Under the pieces are notes generated by a model. The model saw only the letters and a list, made by a program, of their open reading frames with translations. It searched no databases and was not told where the DNA came from. From Chrysomallon squamiferum (taxonomy: Eukaryota; Animalia; Mollusca), in assembly GCA_012295275.1 (NCBI GenBank), contig CM022672.1, positions 14,632,001-14,696,000 on the forward strand: 64,000 nucleotides of DNA, given 5' to 3'. Positions 1 through 14,455 of this stretch are shown here, piece after piece. Made by a program: the position numbers and the translations under genes. The stretch's first letter is position 1; the number at the start of each line of letters is the position of its first letter.

Positions 1-60
1 ATTCTTGCAATAAAAATGATCTAGTGATTATACAACTGTATTTCTATGTATATGTATGAC

Positions 61-61
<1 letters not shown>

Positions 62-155
<94 letters not shown>
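62..155. repeat. (TC)n microsatellite followed by TA/TG-rich low-complexity sequence to ~610
   Basis: Direct reading: uninterrupted TC dinucleotide run. It explains the poly-ER ORF 44..415. Confidence 0.95.
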
Positions 156-159
<4 letters not shown>

Positions 160-1616
160 CTGCATTTTTGGATAGATGGCTGGGGATATGGTATTTATGT
201 TTATTAAATTTTATGTACCTGTGTGGTTGTATAGTTGCCTGAACCTTTGATTCATTCTGTTTCTTGTTTGTATCTCCGGTTATACATATGGCTTTATGTA
301 TTTTTGTACATATGTATATATGTGTGTGTGTGTGCGTGTATATATATATATATGTAAGTATGTGTGTGCGTGTATATATATATATGTAACTATGTATGTG
401 TGTGTTAGCATGCATGCATGTGTGTTTGTGTAGTTGTCTATGCGTATAAGTATCTGTGTGTATATATATATATATATATTTATACTTGTGTGTATTTATA
501 TTTCTTGCTAGGTAAGCAGTTTGTATATATGTATGTATCTGCCTATGTATGTAGTAGATACGTACGTCTGATTGTATGTATGTATGTATGTCTATGTCTC
601 TATGTGTATCACATATCTGTATGTCTCATCAAGCTGTGACACTGACAGTGATATTTAAAAAAAAAAAAATCTGATGATTCAATCTGTTTGGAATTTTCTA
701 TGACAAAAATGGCATGTTTGTTTGCTTTAGAAATTATTCACCCATTCGATTTACAACTGAAAGGACATTTTCCCTTTCATGTAATCGCTTTAAAAGAAGA
801 AAGAAAAACGTCAATTATTTATTCAAGAGAAATATATTATATTATAACCTATTAAACGTGTCTGGGCGTTCTGTTTCATAACATTTGAAAAGATCTGAAG
901 TAAATGTGTCCCACATTTGCAATAGGATGTTAAATACGGGTACAACAGATTCATTCTGCCATAGCTAAGAAGTAATTATTTTTAATTTTCAAACGGTAAG
1001 TGTGCCGACACTTTAACGCACAAAAAAAAAAAAAAAAAAAAAGCTTTTGACATCGACGACAAAAAGAAGTTATTGACATTTTTGATAAGTGATTAACATA
1101 AGCTGACAACTTGGACAGAGTTAATATCGTTGTCCATAGAAATACTTCAGATAGATTTAACAATAGATGAAATACATATTAATAGTTTGATGTGCTTGTC
1201 TCAGAATGAAAACGTCGTTGGAAGGTGTACTTTTTATCACATTGTCAAGATGAAATATATATATATATCCGATGTGTCAGCTTGTTTCGTTTTCGTTCTT
1301 ATGTTAATATGTTGATATTTTGTAATTCTTATCGTACTGGTCCATTATGAGAATGTTAAGAGTAAAATGCTGACGTTATGCAGATGTTATGAAAGCCAAT
1401 ATATCACGAATATATAAGAACCTTTTGTATTATTGTTGATGAAATTTAGAACTTTTGATAATACTACAGTAATCTGGCGTTTAAATAATGTCTGAATAAC
1501 TCCTATTTTAATAATCCTTCAATAATCCATCTTCTAAATACCTGAATAATCCTTCCATAAGACTCGCTTCATAAATTTTTTTTTTTCAGAACCCATATAT
1601 ATGTATGTATATACAT

Positions 1617-1858
1617 ATAGATAGATATATAGATAAATAGATAGACAGACAGACATACAGACAGATAGAGAGATAGATAGATACATAGATACATAGATAC
1701 ATAGATATACAGACAGACAAACAGATAGAGATATAGATAGATACACAGATACATAGATATATAGACAGACAGACAGACAGACAGAGAGATAGATAGATAC
1801 ATAGATACATAGATATACAGACAGACAAACAGATAGAGATATAGAGATAGATAGATAA

Positions 1859-1893
<35 letters not shown>

Positions 1894-1896
1894 GGC

Positions 1897-1986
<90 letters not shown>

Positions 1987-2027
1987 AGATAGATAGATAG
2001 ACAGACTTTCATACAGATAGATAGATC
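1617..2027. repeat. Compound (GATA)n/(GACA)n tetranucleotide microsatellite
   Basis: Direct reading. It is the source of the SIYL/SVCL ORFs at 1534-2076. Confidence 0.95.
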
Positions 2028-2335
2028 CATATAAATGCAGTTCGATTCGAAAAATCCTTATAAATATTATGTGCATAACGATTTTGTCTTTTTTTACAAA
2101 ATGAATGTCTTATAATATCTTATTGTACTAGTGTTTGTATATACGTGTTTGTATATTCATGCGTTTTTGTGTTTCTGAATGTGTATATATTTGTGTGTTT
2201 TTGTGCGTGTGTTAGATGCTGGGTATTTACTGTGTTTTTGTGTATATCATTTTGTATGTGTATTTGTGTGTGTTAGTGTGTGAACTTGTGTATTATTGTG
2301 AAGCTATGTATTTTTGTATTTGCGTGTGATTTTGT

Positions 2336-3205
2336 ATGTGTGTCTGTGTGTTTGAGTCTTTGTTTGTGAGTATCATTCTGCATGTGTGTCTGTGTGTTTG
2401 AGTCTTTGTTTGTGAATATCATTCTGCATGTGTGTCTGTGTGTTTGAGTCTTTGTTTGATATCATTCTGCATGTGTGTCTGTGTGTTTGAGTCTTTGTTT
2501 GTGAATATCATTCTGCATGTGTGTCTGTGTGTTTGAGTCTTTGTTTGTGAATATCATTCTGCATGTGTGTCTGTGTGTTTGAGTCTTTGTTTGTGAATAT
2601 CATTCTGCATGTGTGTCTGTGTGTTTGAGTCTTTGTGAATATCATTCTGCATGTGTGTCTGTGTGTTTGAGTCTTTGTTTGTGAATATCATTCTGCATGT
2701 GTGTCTGTGTGTTTGAGTCTTTGTTTGTGAATATCATTCTGCATGTGTGTCTGTGTGTTTGAGTCTTTGTGAATATCATTCTGCATGTGTGTCTGTGTGT
2801 TTGAGTCTTTGTTTGTGAATATCATTCTGCATGTGTGTCTGTGTGTTTGAGTCTTTGTTTGTGAATATCATTCTGCATGTGTGTCTGTGTGTTTGAGTCT
2901 TTGTTTGTGAATATCATTCTGCATGTGTGTCTGTGTGTTTGAGTCTTTGTTTGTGAATATCATTCTGCATGTGTGTCTGTGTGTTTGAGTCTTTGTTTGT
3001 GAATATCATTCTGCATGTGTGTCTGTGTGTTTGAGTCTTTGTTTGTGAATATCATTCTGCATGTCTTTGTGTCTGTGTGTTTGAGTCTTTGTGAATATCA
3101 TTCTGCATGTGTGTCTGTGTGTTTGAGTCTTTGTTTGTGAATATCATTCTGCATGTGTGTCTGTGTGTTTGAGTCTTTGTTTGTGAATATCATTCTGCAT
3201 GTGTG
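2336..3205. repeat. Minisatellite, 46-bp unit (GTGTGTCTGTGTGTTTGAGTCTTTGTTTGTGAATATCATTCTGCAT), ~19 copies, some 42-bp deletion variants
   Basis: Near-identical head-to-tail units read directly, with no unique spacers. Confidence 0.95.
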
Positions 3206-4395
3206 TTTGTGTTAGCGTCTTGTTATTATTCTTCATTTTTTCAGTTGTTTCTTTTAATACATATTTACATAAATTGATAATAAAAAAAAACAGACATTAT
3301 AACTACTTAAATTTAAATCACATCTGTAAATTGACAATTTCATTGCACATCACTGAACAAAACTGTCATCAACTGAACACGTGTTTAATTAATACGTAGA
3401 CCATTTACGTTTGTATATTTCTTTAAACTGTTATTTTATGTCTGTTCCGTTTTACATTAAGAAATTAACATACCGTATTTTTCTCATAAAACTGCGGTCT
3501 TAGACAATTCCTCTACAGTCTTGTATTGTGTCTCATCAGCCTGGACATGAACCTGCTTAATTATAATACTTTTTTATTCGTGTTTTGCGTGATATCATTC
3601 TTGTAAAAAAAAAATATATATATATATATAATAAATTTCTTTGAGACAAATACGGTAATTTTTCGCCAATCAAAATTAATAAAATCTGAAGACGTTTAAG
3701 CCTCTGAAGAAAACCGTCACATTTTCAAAATTTAATTTATTTTTATTTTTTTATTGGAGGTCTTATTTTTATTTATTTATTTTTTTATTTATACATAATA
3801 TCTATAATAATGGATATAAGGAAGACATTTTAATATTCTTGTACACGGTAATCTAAAATGTTTTGGGGTTTTGGGTTTTTTTTTTTTCTCTAAATTAATA
3901 GAACGGTTTATAATAAGCATGTCCGTATATTTAATAACTGAATGAGGAATATTACTGTTCTTGATTGGAAACTAAACAAAAGATAATTTGTCCCTAAAAA
4001 AAAAAAAATATGTCATTATTCTTTCTGCCTTTATCTTTCTATTTGTCTATTTTTCCCTTCATTTTTTTTTCTCTATTTCTCTCTCTTTCTCTCTCTCTCT
4101 CCAACTATATATATTTCTATCTCTGTCTGTCGTTCCTCGATCTATCTCTCTCTCTTTTCTCATTCTTTCTTTAAAAACAGTTCACCCTGGTTCAAATGAT
4201 CTATTCTGAAACAAAAGAAAGAGCAACAGCAAGTTACTTGTTTTTCTGACAAAATATTTGTTCATTCCTTAGACGTTTGCAATGTCAGAGGTTTAAAATA
4301 TGCTTTTCTTAAAAACGGTCTGCGAATATTTTAGTGAGGTTATCACATCTAAGAAAAAGAATGTATGGGTAGAGATGACTCACACACACAGACAG

Positions 4396-4494
<99 letters not shown>

Positions 4495-4513
4495 GATGGA
4501 TCGATGGATGAAG

Positions 4514-5405
4514 AGACAGACGTAAAGGTAACTAAGTAGACATACGTAAAGGTAACTAAGTAGACAGACGTAAAGGTATTTAAGCAGACAGACGTAAAGG
4601 TAACTAAGTAGACAGACGTAAAGGTAACTAAGTAGACAGACGTAAAGGTAACTTAGTAGACAGACGTAAAGGTAACTAAGGAGACTGACGTAAAGGTAAC
4701 TAAGTAGACAGACGTAAAGGTATTTAAGCAGACAGACGTAAAGGTAACTAAGTAGACAGACGTAAAGGTATTTAAGCAGACAGACGTAAAGGTAACTAAG
4801 CAGACAGACGTAAAGGTATTTAAGCAGACAGACGTAAAGGTATTTAAGCAGACAGACGTAAAGGTAACTAAGCAGACAGACGTAAAGGTATTTAAGCAGA
4901 CAGACGTAAAGATAACTAAGTAGACAGACGTAAAGGTAACTAAGTAGACAGACGTAAAGGTAACTAAGTAGACAGACGTAAAGGTAACTAAGTAGACAGA
5001 CGTAAAGGTAACTAAGCAGACAGACGTAAAGGTAACTAAGCAGACAGACGTAATGGTAACTAAGCAGACAGACGTAAAGGTAACTAAGTAGACAGACGTA
5101 AAGGTAACTAAGCAGACAGACGTAAAGGTAACTAAGTAGACAGACGTAAAGGTAACTAAGCAGACAGACGTAATAGTAACTAAGTAGACAGACGTAAAGG
5201 TAACTAAGCAGACAGACGTAAAGGTAACTAAGTAGACAGACGTAAAGGTAACTAAGCAGACAGACGTAATAGTAACTAAGCAGACAGACGTAAAGGTAAC
5301 TAAGTAAGCAGACAGACGTAAAGGTAACTAAGTAGACAGACGTAAAGGTAACTAAGCAGACAGACGTAAAGGTAACTAAGCAGACAGACGTAAAGGTAAC
5401 TAAGT
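4514..5405. repeat. Minisatellite, 24-bp unit (AGACAGACGTAAAGGTAACTAAGT/C), ~37 copies, preceded by (GA)n at 4407-4490
   Basis: Head-to-tail units with interspersed variants (GGTAACTAAG vs GGTATTTAAG). Confidence 0.95.
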
Positions 5406-5816
5406 AGGCAGATAGATAAAAAGAGACAAACTCTCAGACAGACATTATACATACATGTGTCTTATTTTCTCTGATTTGTTTATGTACCATAAAAGCTAAT
5501 CACGAATACAGAAATATATGAATCACTCAAGTGTTAATTATTAATAATAATACACCTATATGCAAATAACATAAAACATCTTTCAATGGGTGTCTGACAG
5601 TTTCATTACAGGACATGCTCGAAACTTGTTAATCAAGTATTTAATCAACACACCGTGTCAAATCGTTCAAGTGTGTCTTCTTTTGATGTGTGTATCATGT
5701 CTTGAAATTGACGATAAAAATGCATGTTTACCCGAGAAACGTCCGATTTTTGTTAATAAACATTTTTCCTTTATTTTAAAATACAATGTCTATCCTAACA
5801 CCTGTCAGAACAAAAG

Positions 5817-5818
<2 letters not shown>

Positions 5819-5898
<80 letters not shown>

Positions 5899-6084
5899 TA
5901 TATATATATATATATATTTATCTTTTTCTCTGTCTGTCTATCTCTCTGTTTCTCTCTCTTACTTTCTCCTCTCTTTTTCTCTTTCTTTCTTTCTCTCTCT
6001 CCCTCTCAGTCTTTCTCTCTCTTTATCTCTCTCTCTTATTTTTTCTTCTTTCTGACGTTCAATCTCTTTATCTCTCTGTATCTC

Positions 6085-6163
<79 letters not shown>

Positions 6164-6180
6164 CCTCTCTCTCTCTCTCA
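5819..6180. repeat. (TC)n/(TA)n and CT-rich low-complexity tract
   Basis: Direct reading. Confidence 0.9.
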
Positions 6181-6635
6181 CTCACTTAATCTATCGCCTA
6201 TGCTTCACACGGAAACAATAAAGTTACGCTTGTTTATGTCATTTCGTACGAAGCGTTTCCTCACAAAACTGCCAAATGATTGCCCGCATCCTTCCGCGCT
6301 GCTAGAAGTGCGGAGAGATAAGCTTTTTCGCGAAAACAACAGAAACTAGGCGCGTCGAGGTAGAATTACCTGATTTCCTCCGCGATACGTTCCCTCTCGT
6401 TTTATCACAATAAAAGAGCGCATCGCGAAAACAAACAGACGAATTTTCTGATATAAAATTAATTTTGCCGTGAGCCACCTGGACGGACGCGCTGACTCTC
6501 GTCGTGTTCACGTGACTCGTCGTGATCACGTGACTCGATTTCGTCACCAGCAGAAAGATAAGTTCACGAAACGAGAAACGACAACAGACAATTGTTTTAA
6601 GTAAGTGCATACGTAAATGGGTGAATTCATTCGAA

Positions 6636-6994
6636 ATAATGACAATAATAATAATAATAATAATAATAAGGATAATAAAATAATAATACAAATATAATAA
6701 AGATAATAATAATAATGATAATAATAGTAATAAAAATAATAATATAGATAATAAAGATAATAAAGATAATAATAATAATAATAATAATAGTAATAATAGT
6801 AATAATAATAATAAAGATAATAATAATGATAATAATGATAATGATAATAATAAAGATAATAATAATGATAATAATAAAGAGAATAAAGATAATACTACTA
6901 ATAATAATAATGATAATACTGAAGATAATAATAATAATAATATAGTAATGATAAAAATAAGATAATAATAATGATAATAAAAAGATAATAACAA

Positions 6995-7072
<78 letters not shown>
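6636..7072. repeat. Compound (AAT)n/(ACT)n trinucleotide repeat
   Basis: Direct reading. It produces the poly-L/poly-I ORFs 6302..7246 and 6627..7160. Confidence 0.95.
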
Positions 7073-7075
<3 letters not shown>

Positions 7076-8168
7076 TAACGAAAACCGCACGTAAAATGTA
7101 TAAACATATACATATAAGGGTATATTTGTTGAAAAAAAAACCCCACAAAATAACAAACAAAACAAAACAAAAACAGCATATGTAAATGAAGAGTTAGGAG
7201 CCAGAATGATCCAAACGGACTGAAATAAGAAATTAGTTTGAATCACTCAGTGATGACTGTTGACAAGATCAGCCCGACAGTCACATTTAATCGTACACAT
7301 GATCGATTTTGTATTATTTCAGTTTATATATACATTACTAAATTTTAATATACATTACACATAGAAATAAATAAACAGTGACGACGAAAACTGTATGCCC
7401 TTCAGATATTCACATACATTATGAGAAACAATATATATAAATTAGAAAAATCATACACAAATTAAAGACGTCTACACATTTAAGAATCATAAAAATAATT
7501 TCCACTAAATCGTGTTTTCAAAAAATTAAATTTAACATTTACCAAAAAAAAATTACTTTTTCAAAGAAAAAATTAAATTAAATTAAAAAAAAAAAACCCA
7601 CAATGATCTAGTAAATTATCAAAAATATAAACACCATATTTAATGTGAGAAAATGTAAAGGATTATTCATCTTACACTTTGTCAGAACAGAAGTTGTCCC
7701 AATGATTCTTCAAGCATAATTCCGATTCCTTAAAACCATGTTAGTTTATCTGTCAAAAATATCCCACTATCAAACTGATAGTGGGAATCCATCTGTTTCC
7801 AAACCGGGGACGCCATTATTTAAGTTTGTTTCGTGATGAAAAGAATTTCATTAGAAAGAAGAAGGAAACGAATCATCATATTCGGATCCGCATTTAACTA
7901 GAACCAAAAAAAAAAAAAAAAACACCTGCTAGTAGTATAAAAACAAATCGTCTACAGTTAAACAAGCTAACACACAAAACAAAAATCAATCCTTATTTCT
8001 TTTTTTATTTCTGACCCAATGTATCCATCAGACATAAATCTGAAAGCAATAAATAATTTTTGTTTAAAAAGTTAAAAATTATAATAAAAAGAAAAGACAA
8101 GAAAAACTCAGGAGAAAAAAAAAAAAAAAAAAAAAGTACTTTGTTCCGTTACTATAAAAGAATAATTC

Positions 8169-8206
<38 letters not shown>

Positions 8207-9039
8207 TCTGTTTCTACATTTAGTTTCTTAAAGTTTCGCTTCTTTTCTTTTTTTGCCTTTTTTTTTTTTCTTTTTTACTCTTTCAACCCCCCCCCCCACA
8301 CCATCCTCCTCCTCACGGTGTTACGATATTAGGTGCCTCTCGGAGACAGAATCGTCTAAATCAAATGATGTTCACCGAACCGTGAAGAGAAAAGAGCAGC
8401 TAGCTTTCAGAAATGGCATTAATTTATTCATTCGCTTTTTATTGTTCTTGATACGGCAATAAAGTCTTATAGCTCTTAAAATGTTCTAAATCTCCGGCGA
8501 TACGTTCGCTTGCCTCAATATCCCTTTCCCATTGGCTGCCCAGTCGACCGTGAAATGAAACTGCATTTGATTCCAATGATAAATTTGGTTCCCGACACCA
8601 CTGACATTGTGAAGAAGCGAGCAAAACAGCGAGTGCAAAGACCAATCCTCCTAGAGAGATTGGTGATTCGACCTCTGACCTCGCACCGCGTCACGTGTGA
8701 AATCGACAAAAGATGAAAAAAAAAAAAAGGAAAAAAGAAGAAGAAAGTTGCATTGGAGATGCACCATGCAGTTGTTTCTTGCACTTTTTCGGTACTTAAT
8801 AATTTGTTTGTTTGTTTGTTTTTGTTTGTTTATTTATCACCAACAGCATCATCATCATCATCATCATCATCATCTTTATTGTTAATTAGCTTGTTTAGCT
8901 GCAGTTATTACGGACACAGCTCTACTGCAGTTGTTACTAACAATATTGCACTACATTTCTTTTACTATTGCACTACAGTGTGGTGCTACTAATAATAAAA
9001 CTAACAATACTTCACCATTTGTAACAGCACTAAAGTACT

Positions 9040-10830
9040 AGAGTTGTTACTAACTCTACACTACTAATAATAATACAATTAACATTGTTACTAACATAAC
9101 TGAACTACAGTCTTAATTAACAGTACAGTATTACAGTTAGTACTGACACTACTGTGTTACAGTTATTATTAACACTGGTTTACTACAATTATTACTAACA
9201 CTGTTGTAGTACAGTTATTACTAACACTGCTTTACTCTAGTTATTATTTACACTAAAGTACTACTGTTATTACTAACACTATAGTACTACAATACTACAG
9301 TTATAATCTAACAAAACAGTACCACAGTTATTACTAATATTGCTTCACTATAGTTATTACTAACACTACTGTACTACAGTTATCACTAACACAACTGTAC
9401 TACAGTTATTACTAACACTACAGTATCGCAGTTATTACTAACACTACAGTATCGCAGTTATTACTAACACTACTGTACTGTAGTTATTACTAACACTACT
9501 GTACTACAGTTATCATTAGTACTACAATACTACAGTTATTACTAACACTACAGTATCGCAGTTATTCTACAATACTACAGTTATTACTAACACTACAGTA
9601 TCGCAGTTATTACTAACACTATAGTACTACAATACTACAGTTATTACTAACACTACAGTATCGCAGTTATTACTAACACTATAGTACTACAATACTACAG
9701 TTATTACTAACATTACAGTATCGCAGTTATTACTAACACTATAGTACTACAATACTACAGTTATTACTAACACTACAGTATCGCAGTTATTACTAACACT
9801 ATTGTATCGCAGTTATTACTAACACTGCTGTATTACAGTTATTACTAACACTGCTGTATTACAGTTATTAATAATACTACAGTAGTAGTTATTACTAATT
9901 AAACAGTATCACAGTTATTACTAACACTGCTTCACTATAGTTATTACTAACACTGCTTTACTACAGTTATTACTAACACTGCTTTACTACAGTTATTACT
10001 AACACTACAGTACTACAGTTATTACTAACACTGCTTTACTACAGTTATTACTAACACTGCTTTACTACAGTTATTACTAACACTGCTTTACTACAGTTAT
10101 TACTAACACTACAGTACTACAGTTATTACTAACACTGCTGTACTACAGTTATTACCAACACTACAGTACTACAGTTATTACTAACACTGCTTTACTACAG
10201 TTATTACTAACACTGCTTTACTACAGTTATTACTAACACTGCTTTACTACAGTTATTACTAACACTACAGTACTACAGTTATTACTAACACTGCTGTACT
10301 ACAGTTATTACCAACACTACAGTACTACAGTTATTACTAACACTACAGTAGTAGTTATTACTAATAAACAGTATCACAGTTATTACTAACACTGCTTTAC
10401 TACAGTTATTACTAACACTACTGTACTACAGTTATTACTAACACTACAGTACTACAGTAGTAGTTATTACTAATAAACAGTATCACAGTTATTACTAACA
10501 CTGCTGTACTACAGTTATTACTAACACTATTGTATTATAGTTATTACTAAACATACAGTACCACAGTTATTAGTAACACTTCTGTACTACAGTTATTACT
10601 AATACTACAATACTACAGTTATTAATAACACTACAGTACTACAGATATTACTAATAAAACAGAACTACAGTTATTACTTACACCACAATAACTACATTTG
10701 TTACTAACACTTTTGTACTATAGTTATTACTAACACTACTTACCACAGTTATTATTAAGACTATTATAGGACTGTTATTACTAACACTACTGTATACAGT
10801 TATTAGTATAGTTCAGTTATTACTGACACC
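9040..10830 (+). repeat. Degenerate minisatellite, ~26-27-bp unit (CTACAGTTATTACTAACACTGCTTTA / ...CTACAGTA)
   Basis: Core ACAGTTATTACTAACACT recurs dozens of times. Period is 26 at 9961/9987/10013. Confidence 0.9.
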
Positions 10831-10933
10831 ATTAGATACAACAGAATGTAATATTTCCAGGTTTAATATCATTACTGAATGTTGTCGCGTTAATGATTGT
10901 TATAGTATACGCTTATAATAAATGTAATAACTA

Positions 10934-11345
10934 ATGACAATAATAGTACTAGTAATAACAGTGGTGTTGGCAATATTAATAACAGTTGCATTAGTAATAG
11001 TAACTACAGTGGTGTTGGCAATAGTAATAACAGTTGTATTAGTAATAGTAACTACAGTGGTGTTGGCAATAGTAATGCCAGTTGTATTAGTAATAGTAAC
11101 TACAGTGGTGTTGGCAATAGTAATAACAGTTGTATTAGTAATAGTAACTACAGTGGTGTTGGCAATAGTAATGCCAGTTGTATTAGTAATAGTAACTACA
11201 GTGGTGTTGGCAATAGTAATGCCAGTTGTATTAGTAATAGTAACTACAGTGGTGTTGGCAATAGTAATAACAGTTGTATTAGAAATAATAAATGAAGTGG
11301 CGTTAGTAACGGTAACAGCAGTGATGTTAGTAACAGTACTAACAG
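10934..11345 (-). repeat. Minisatellite, 48-bp unit (two ~24-bp subunits), compositionally the reverse complement of the preceding array
   Basis: TAACTACAGTGGTGTTGGCAATAG recurs at 11001, 11049 and onward. It gives the VLAIVITVVLVIVTT ORF. Confidence 0.85.
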
Positions 11346-14090
11346 TCTTAATAATGGATGGTGGATAGCATTAAAGTAACAGCCACCGAGGCATCTACGT
11401 AATAAAACAGTGTGTTTAAAAAAAACAGAACGACGTTATGACAACTTAAGTTTGCCAAGCGCGTGTCTGATCAATCGGCATATAATTTTATACATGTTTA
11501 CATGCTTCGACTCGTTCATAATAAAAAAAGTAACTTCAAAGAAAACAAAATACATCTTTTTTTTTATTATTATTATTTCTCTTACGTTGCCAGTGATTTC
11601 ATTGGCAAAACAAAAGTCATAAGAAACTATGCAGAAAGAGAAAAGAATTAAAAAAAAAAAAAATTATTAAAAAAAATTAAATATCTTTTTATGAATGTTG
11701 GAAATAGAGAAATATTCATAAAAACGCGAGACTTCGACATCTTGTCTTTACGGCCGTGCTATCTCCATTCTTCTGCGTCCGATCTCGCTTAAACCGGCCC
11801 GTGTTTTCCTATCTTACGACATTGTAAATATCGGAAGAAAGAGGAAACTCTCGCTTAATTAAATTTACTCTGGCCTTTTCTGAGTGCAAAAGAGCGTTGT
11901 ATTGGTGTCTATCGCCGAAACCGTCCATTTGAGACGAGTTTGATGAAGAACCAGTCTATCGCGGAAAAATTGCTGCGCCGATAATTTCTAATATTCCAAG
12001 CGCGCATTCGATCGTGGCCCATTAACGTGACGCCGGAATATTACTCCGTCTGCAAGGCGCTCAGCGAGCGCGGTGCGGTGCCATGCAAATAAATCAGCGA
12101 ACTTTCCAGTTTGAAGTGACTCCGGTAATTAAGTAATTTGTATAATAGAGAGGAAAATTATAAAATCGATCGGGCTAAAATTCCGTGATATCCGATATCG
12201 TTAAAACGCTCGATGATTCAGTGGTTCTGGTGTGTCGAGATTTCTCACCGGCTCCGATTGATCTCGTAATTGCTCGGCGCGATGAAAAACGAATAACCGT
12301 GTCAGATTTTAAACTGTTCCTCCTTTGAGGGGGATGCGTTCAGATAAACGGTCTAAATTGGTTTAATGCGGATCTGAGTTTATTGTTTCGTCTTGCAACC
12401 AGGTGACTAATGTATTTTAGTGTATCTCGTGCAATGTTTGCTGTGGTAGATTATTAATTAAACGTTAGTTCCAAGATGTTAATAAAGTTTTATAAGGCGG
12501 GACCAGTCTTTTATTACTGATAAAGTACGGCATGTACTTTAAAGTTGTTGTTGATGAATGCGATCATTTCTCTGAAATAGGTAGGCTATGGAACAGTGGT
12601 AATTAAGACAACAGACTTTAGATATGTGTTTATAATAAATAATAAAAAACAAATTATGCAAATGCTAATAAACTGTGAAATGTCTTAAAACAAAACAAAA
12701 ATATTGCGCTGGTCTATTTTAACAGTGGATAATACTTTATTAAAATGAAATATTGTATAAAGAATGATGTCAAAGATTTTGACTTTGGCATTGGTATAGA
12801 TGATCATGATTATCATTATAGGGTTGTAAAGATAGTGAATGTGTCGAGATAGTGATCATGATGTAGCGGCCATAATGTTTATTTTGATTACGGTTAAGAA
12901 GGTAATAAAGATGATAGAGATTTTCGTGAAATAATATAGAATGTACCCTGCAATGTTACACTCAGACGTTAAAAATAATAATAACAAAAAAAAAAAAGAA
13001 TTTAAAAAAAGAAATAAAAGAAAAAGAAGGATTTATTTTTTTTAATGTTTAAAATTTACTAAAACCTTTTGCTAGTTTCTTGTCACTATCGGACAAATAC
13101 ACGCGACTTGTCCCAGCCCTGTCAGCAGAGAACAGACAGACAAACAAAAGGGAGACCACCAAAGCGGTACGTCTATGGCGGAGGATAAAGGGAGACCATC
13201 CGAGAAAACATTTTGCGTTAGACGGCCTCTTGGTGTTGTCTGTCAAGCACACAGTTGACGTTTTGACCCGCAGTGGCAGAAGCAAACGTCGGGGCAAACA
13301 CAACGTCAAATCATTCATCACACAGCTAAATGGGCGTTACGATAGTTAGAGCTTGATGAATTAAAGACATACAAACTTTGATACTCTGTCGGTCGCTTCA
13401 TCAAGGAAATTAAAAACGTTGCACGCTCTCTAGCTGATATCCCAACTGTAAATATAGCGGATGATCGCGCGCGCGTCTAATCATATTTGCTTTTGCCGCC
13501 TTCGCGCACTCATTTAGCCCGTTACCGGTTAGATACAAAGCAGTAATCAATTTCGTGCACACTGCGATTGCCGGGAATTGTCGGGCGAAATAGTGGCGCG
13601 CGTTCGCTCGGAAAAATACAGCAATCTTAAAAACGGTTTCATGGCAGATCGCGTGAGTCGCAAACAAACAAGAACTGTCTTTATGAAGGCCAGTGGCAGT
13701 TTGGATCGCAAGAAGATTGATTCGGACATTTTATCAATTTGCATTCAAATATTTTCACTCAACTTCGCCTCTGATCCGTCGCGAAAATGATGCGCTTTAA
13801 TTTGGTGTTGGATGATTTATTTGAGAAACCTATCAGTGTCTTAGTGGTTCGGTATACACGCCGTAACGTGTGATTTCTCTACGTCAGCCACGTTCAGCTT
13901 CGTGTTGTCCTGCTTCTGAGCAAAGTCGATAAACGTTTACATCGCATCCAGCGATTAATCTCTAGCAGCTTGTGCGTGTGTTCTGCTGCAGATGAATTTG
14001 TAAAAGTTTGAAATTATTATGTTTTTATATATCTTGAAATGCATGTTAGTGACATTGATTTGTTAGGGGAGGTTCGTTTGATTTGTGAAT

Positions 14091-14250
<160 letters not shown>

Positions 14251-14409
14251 TATACATATACAGAGTCACAGACATATATATTTTTTTTATATAAATTTAC
14301 ATTAATGTTTTGTAAAATAATATTATCTATATTTACAACTATAAATAATTACCTTTCACCATCCTCACAAAATATATACATATATTTATTATTTTATTAT
14401 TATTTATTA

Positions 14410-14455
<46 letters not shown>

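Noticed and set aside
2336-5405. Regular 46-bp and 24-bp arrays as CRISPR-like arrays
   Set aside because: Units are contiguous with no unique spacers, there are no cas genes, and the context is eukaryotic with spliceosomal introns. These are ordinary minisatellites.
6302-7246. Longest ORF in the track (314 aa, poly-Leu) as a membrane protein
   Set aside because: It is the translation of an (ATT)n/(AGT)n repeat, with no domain or splice support.
10934-11368. 144-aa Val/Ile/Thr repeat ORF as a structural or antifreeze-type protein
   Set aside because: It is open only because the 48-bp repeat unit lacks a stop in one frame. No non-repetitive coding context.
13049-13790. Overlapping 65-90 aa ORFs in GC-richer sequence as coding exons
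   Set aside because: No recognisable motif, ORFs on both strands, mostly non-ATG starts and no consistent splice sites. Treated as non-coding.
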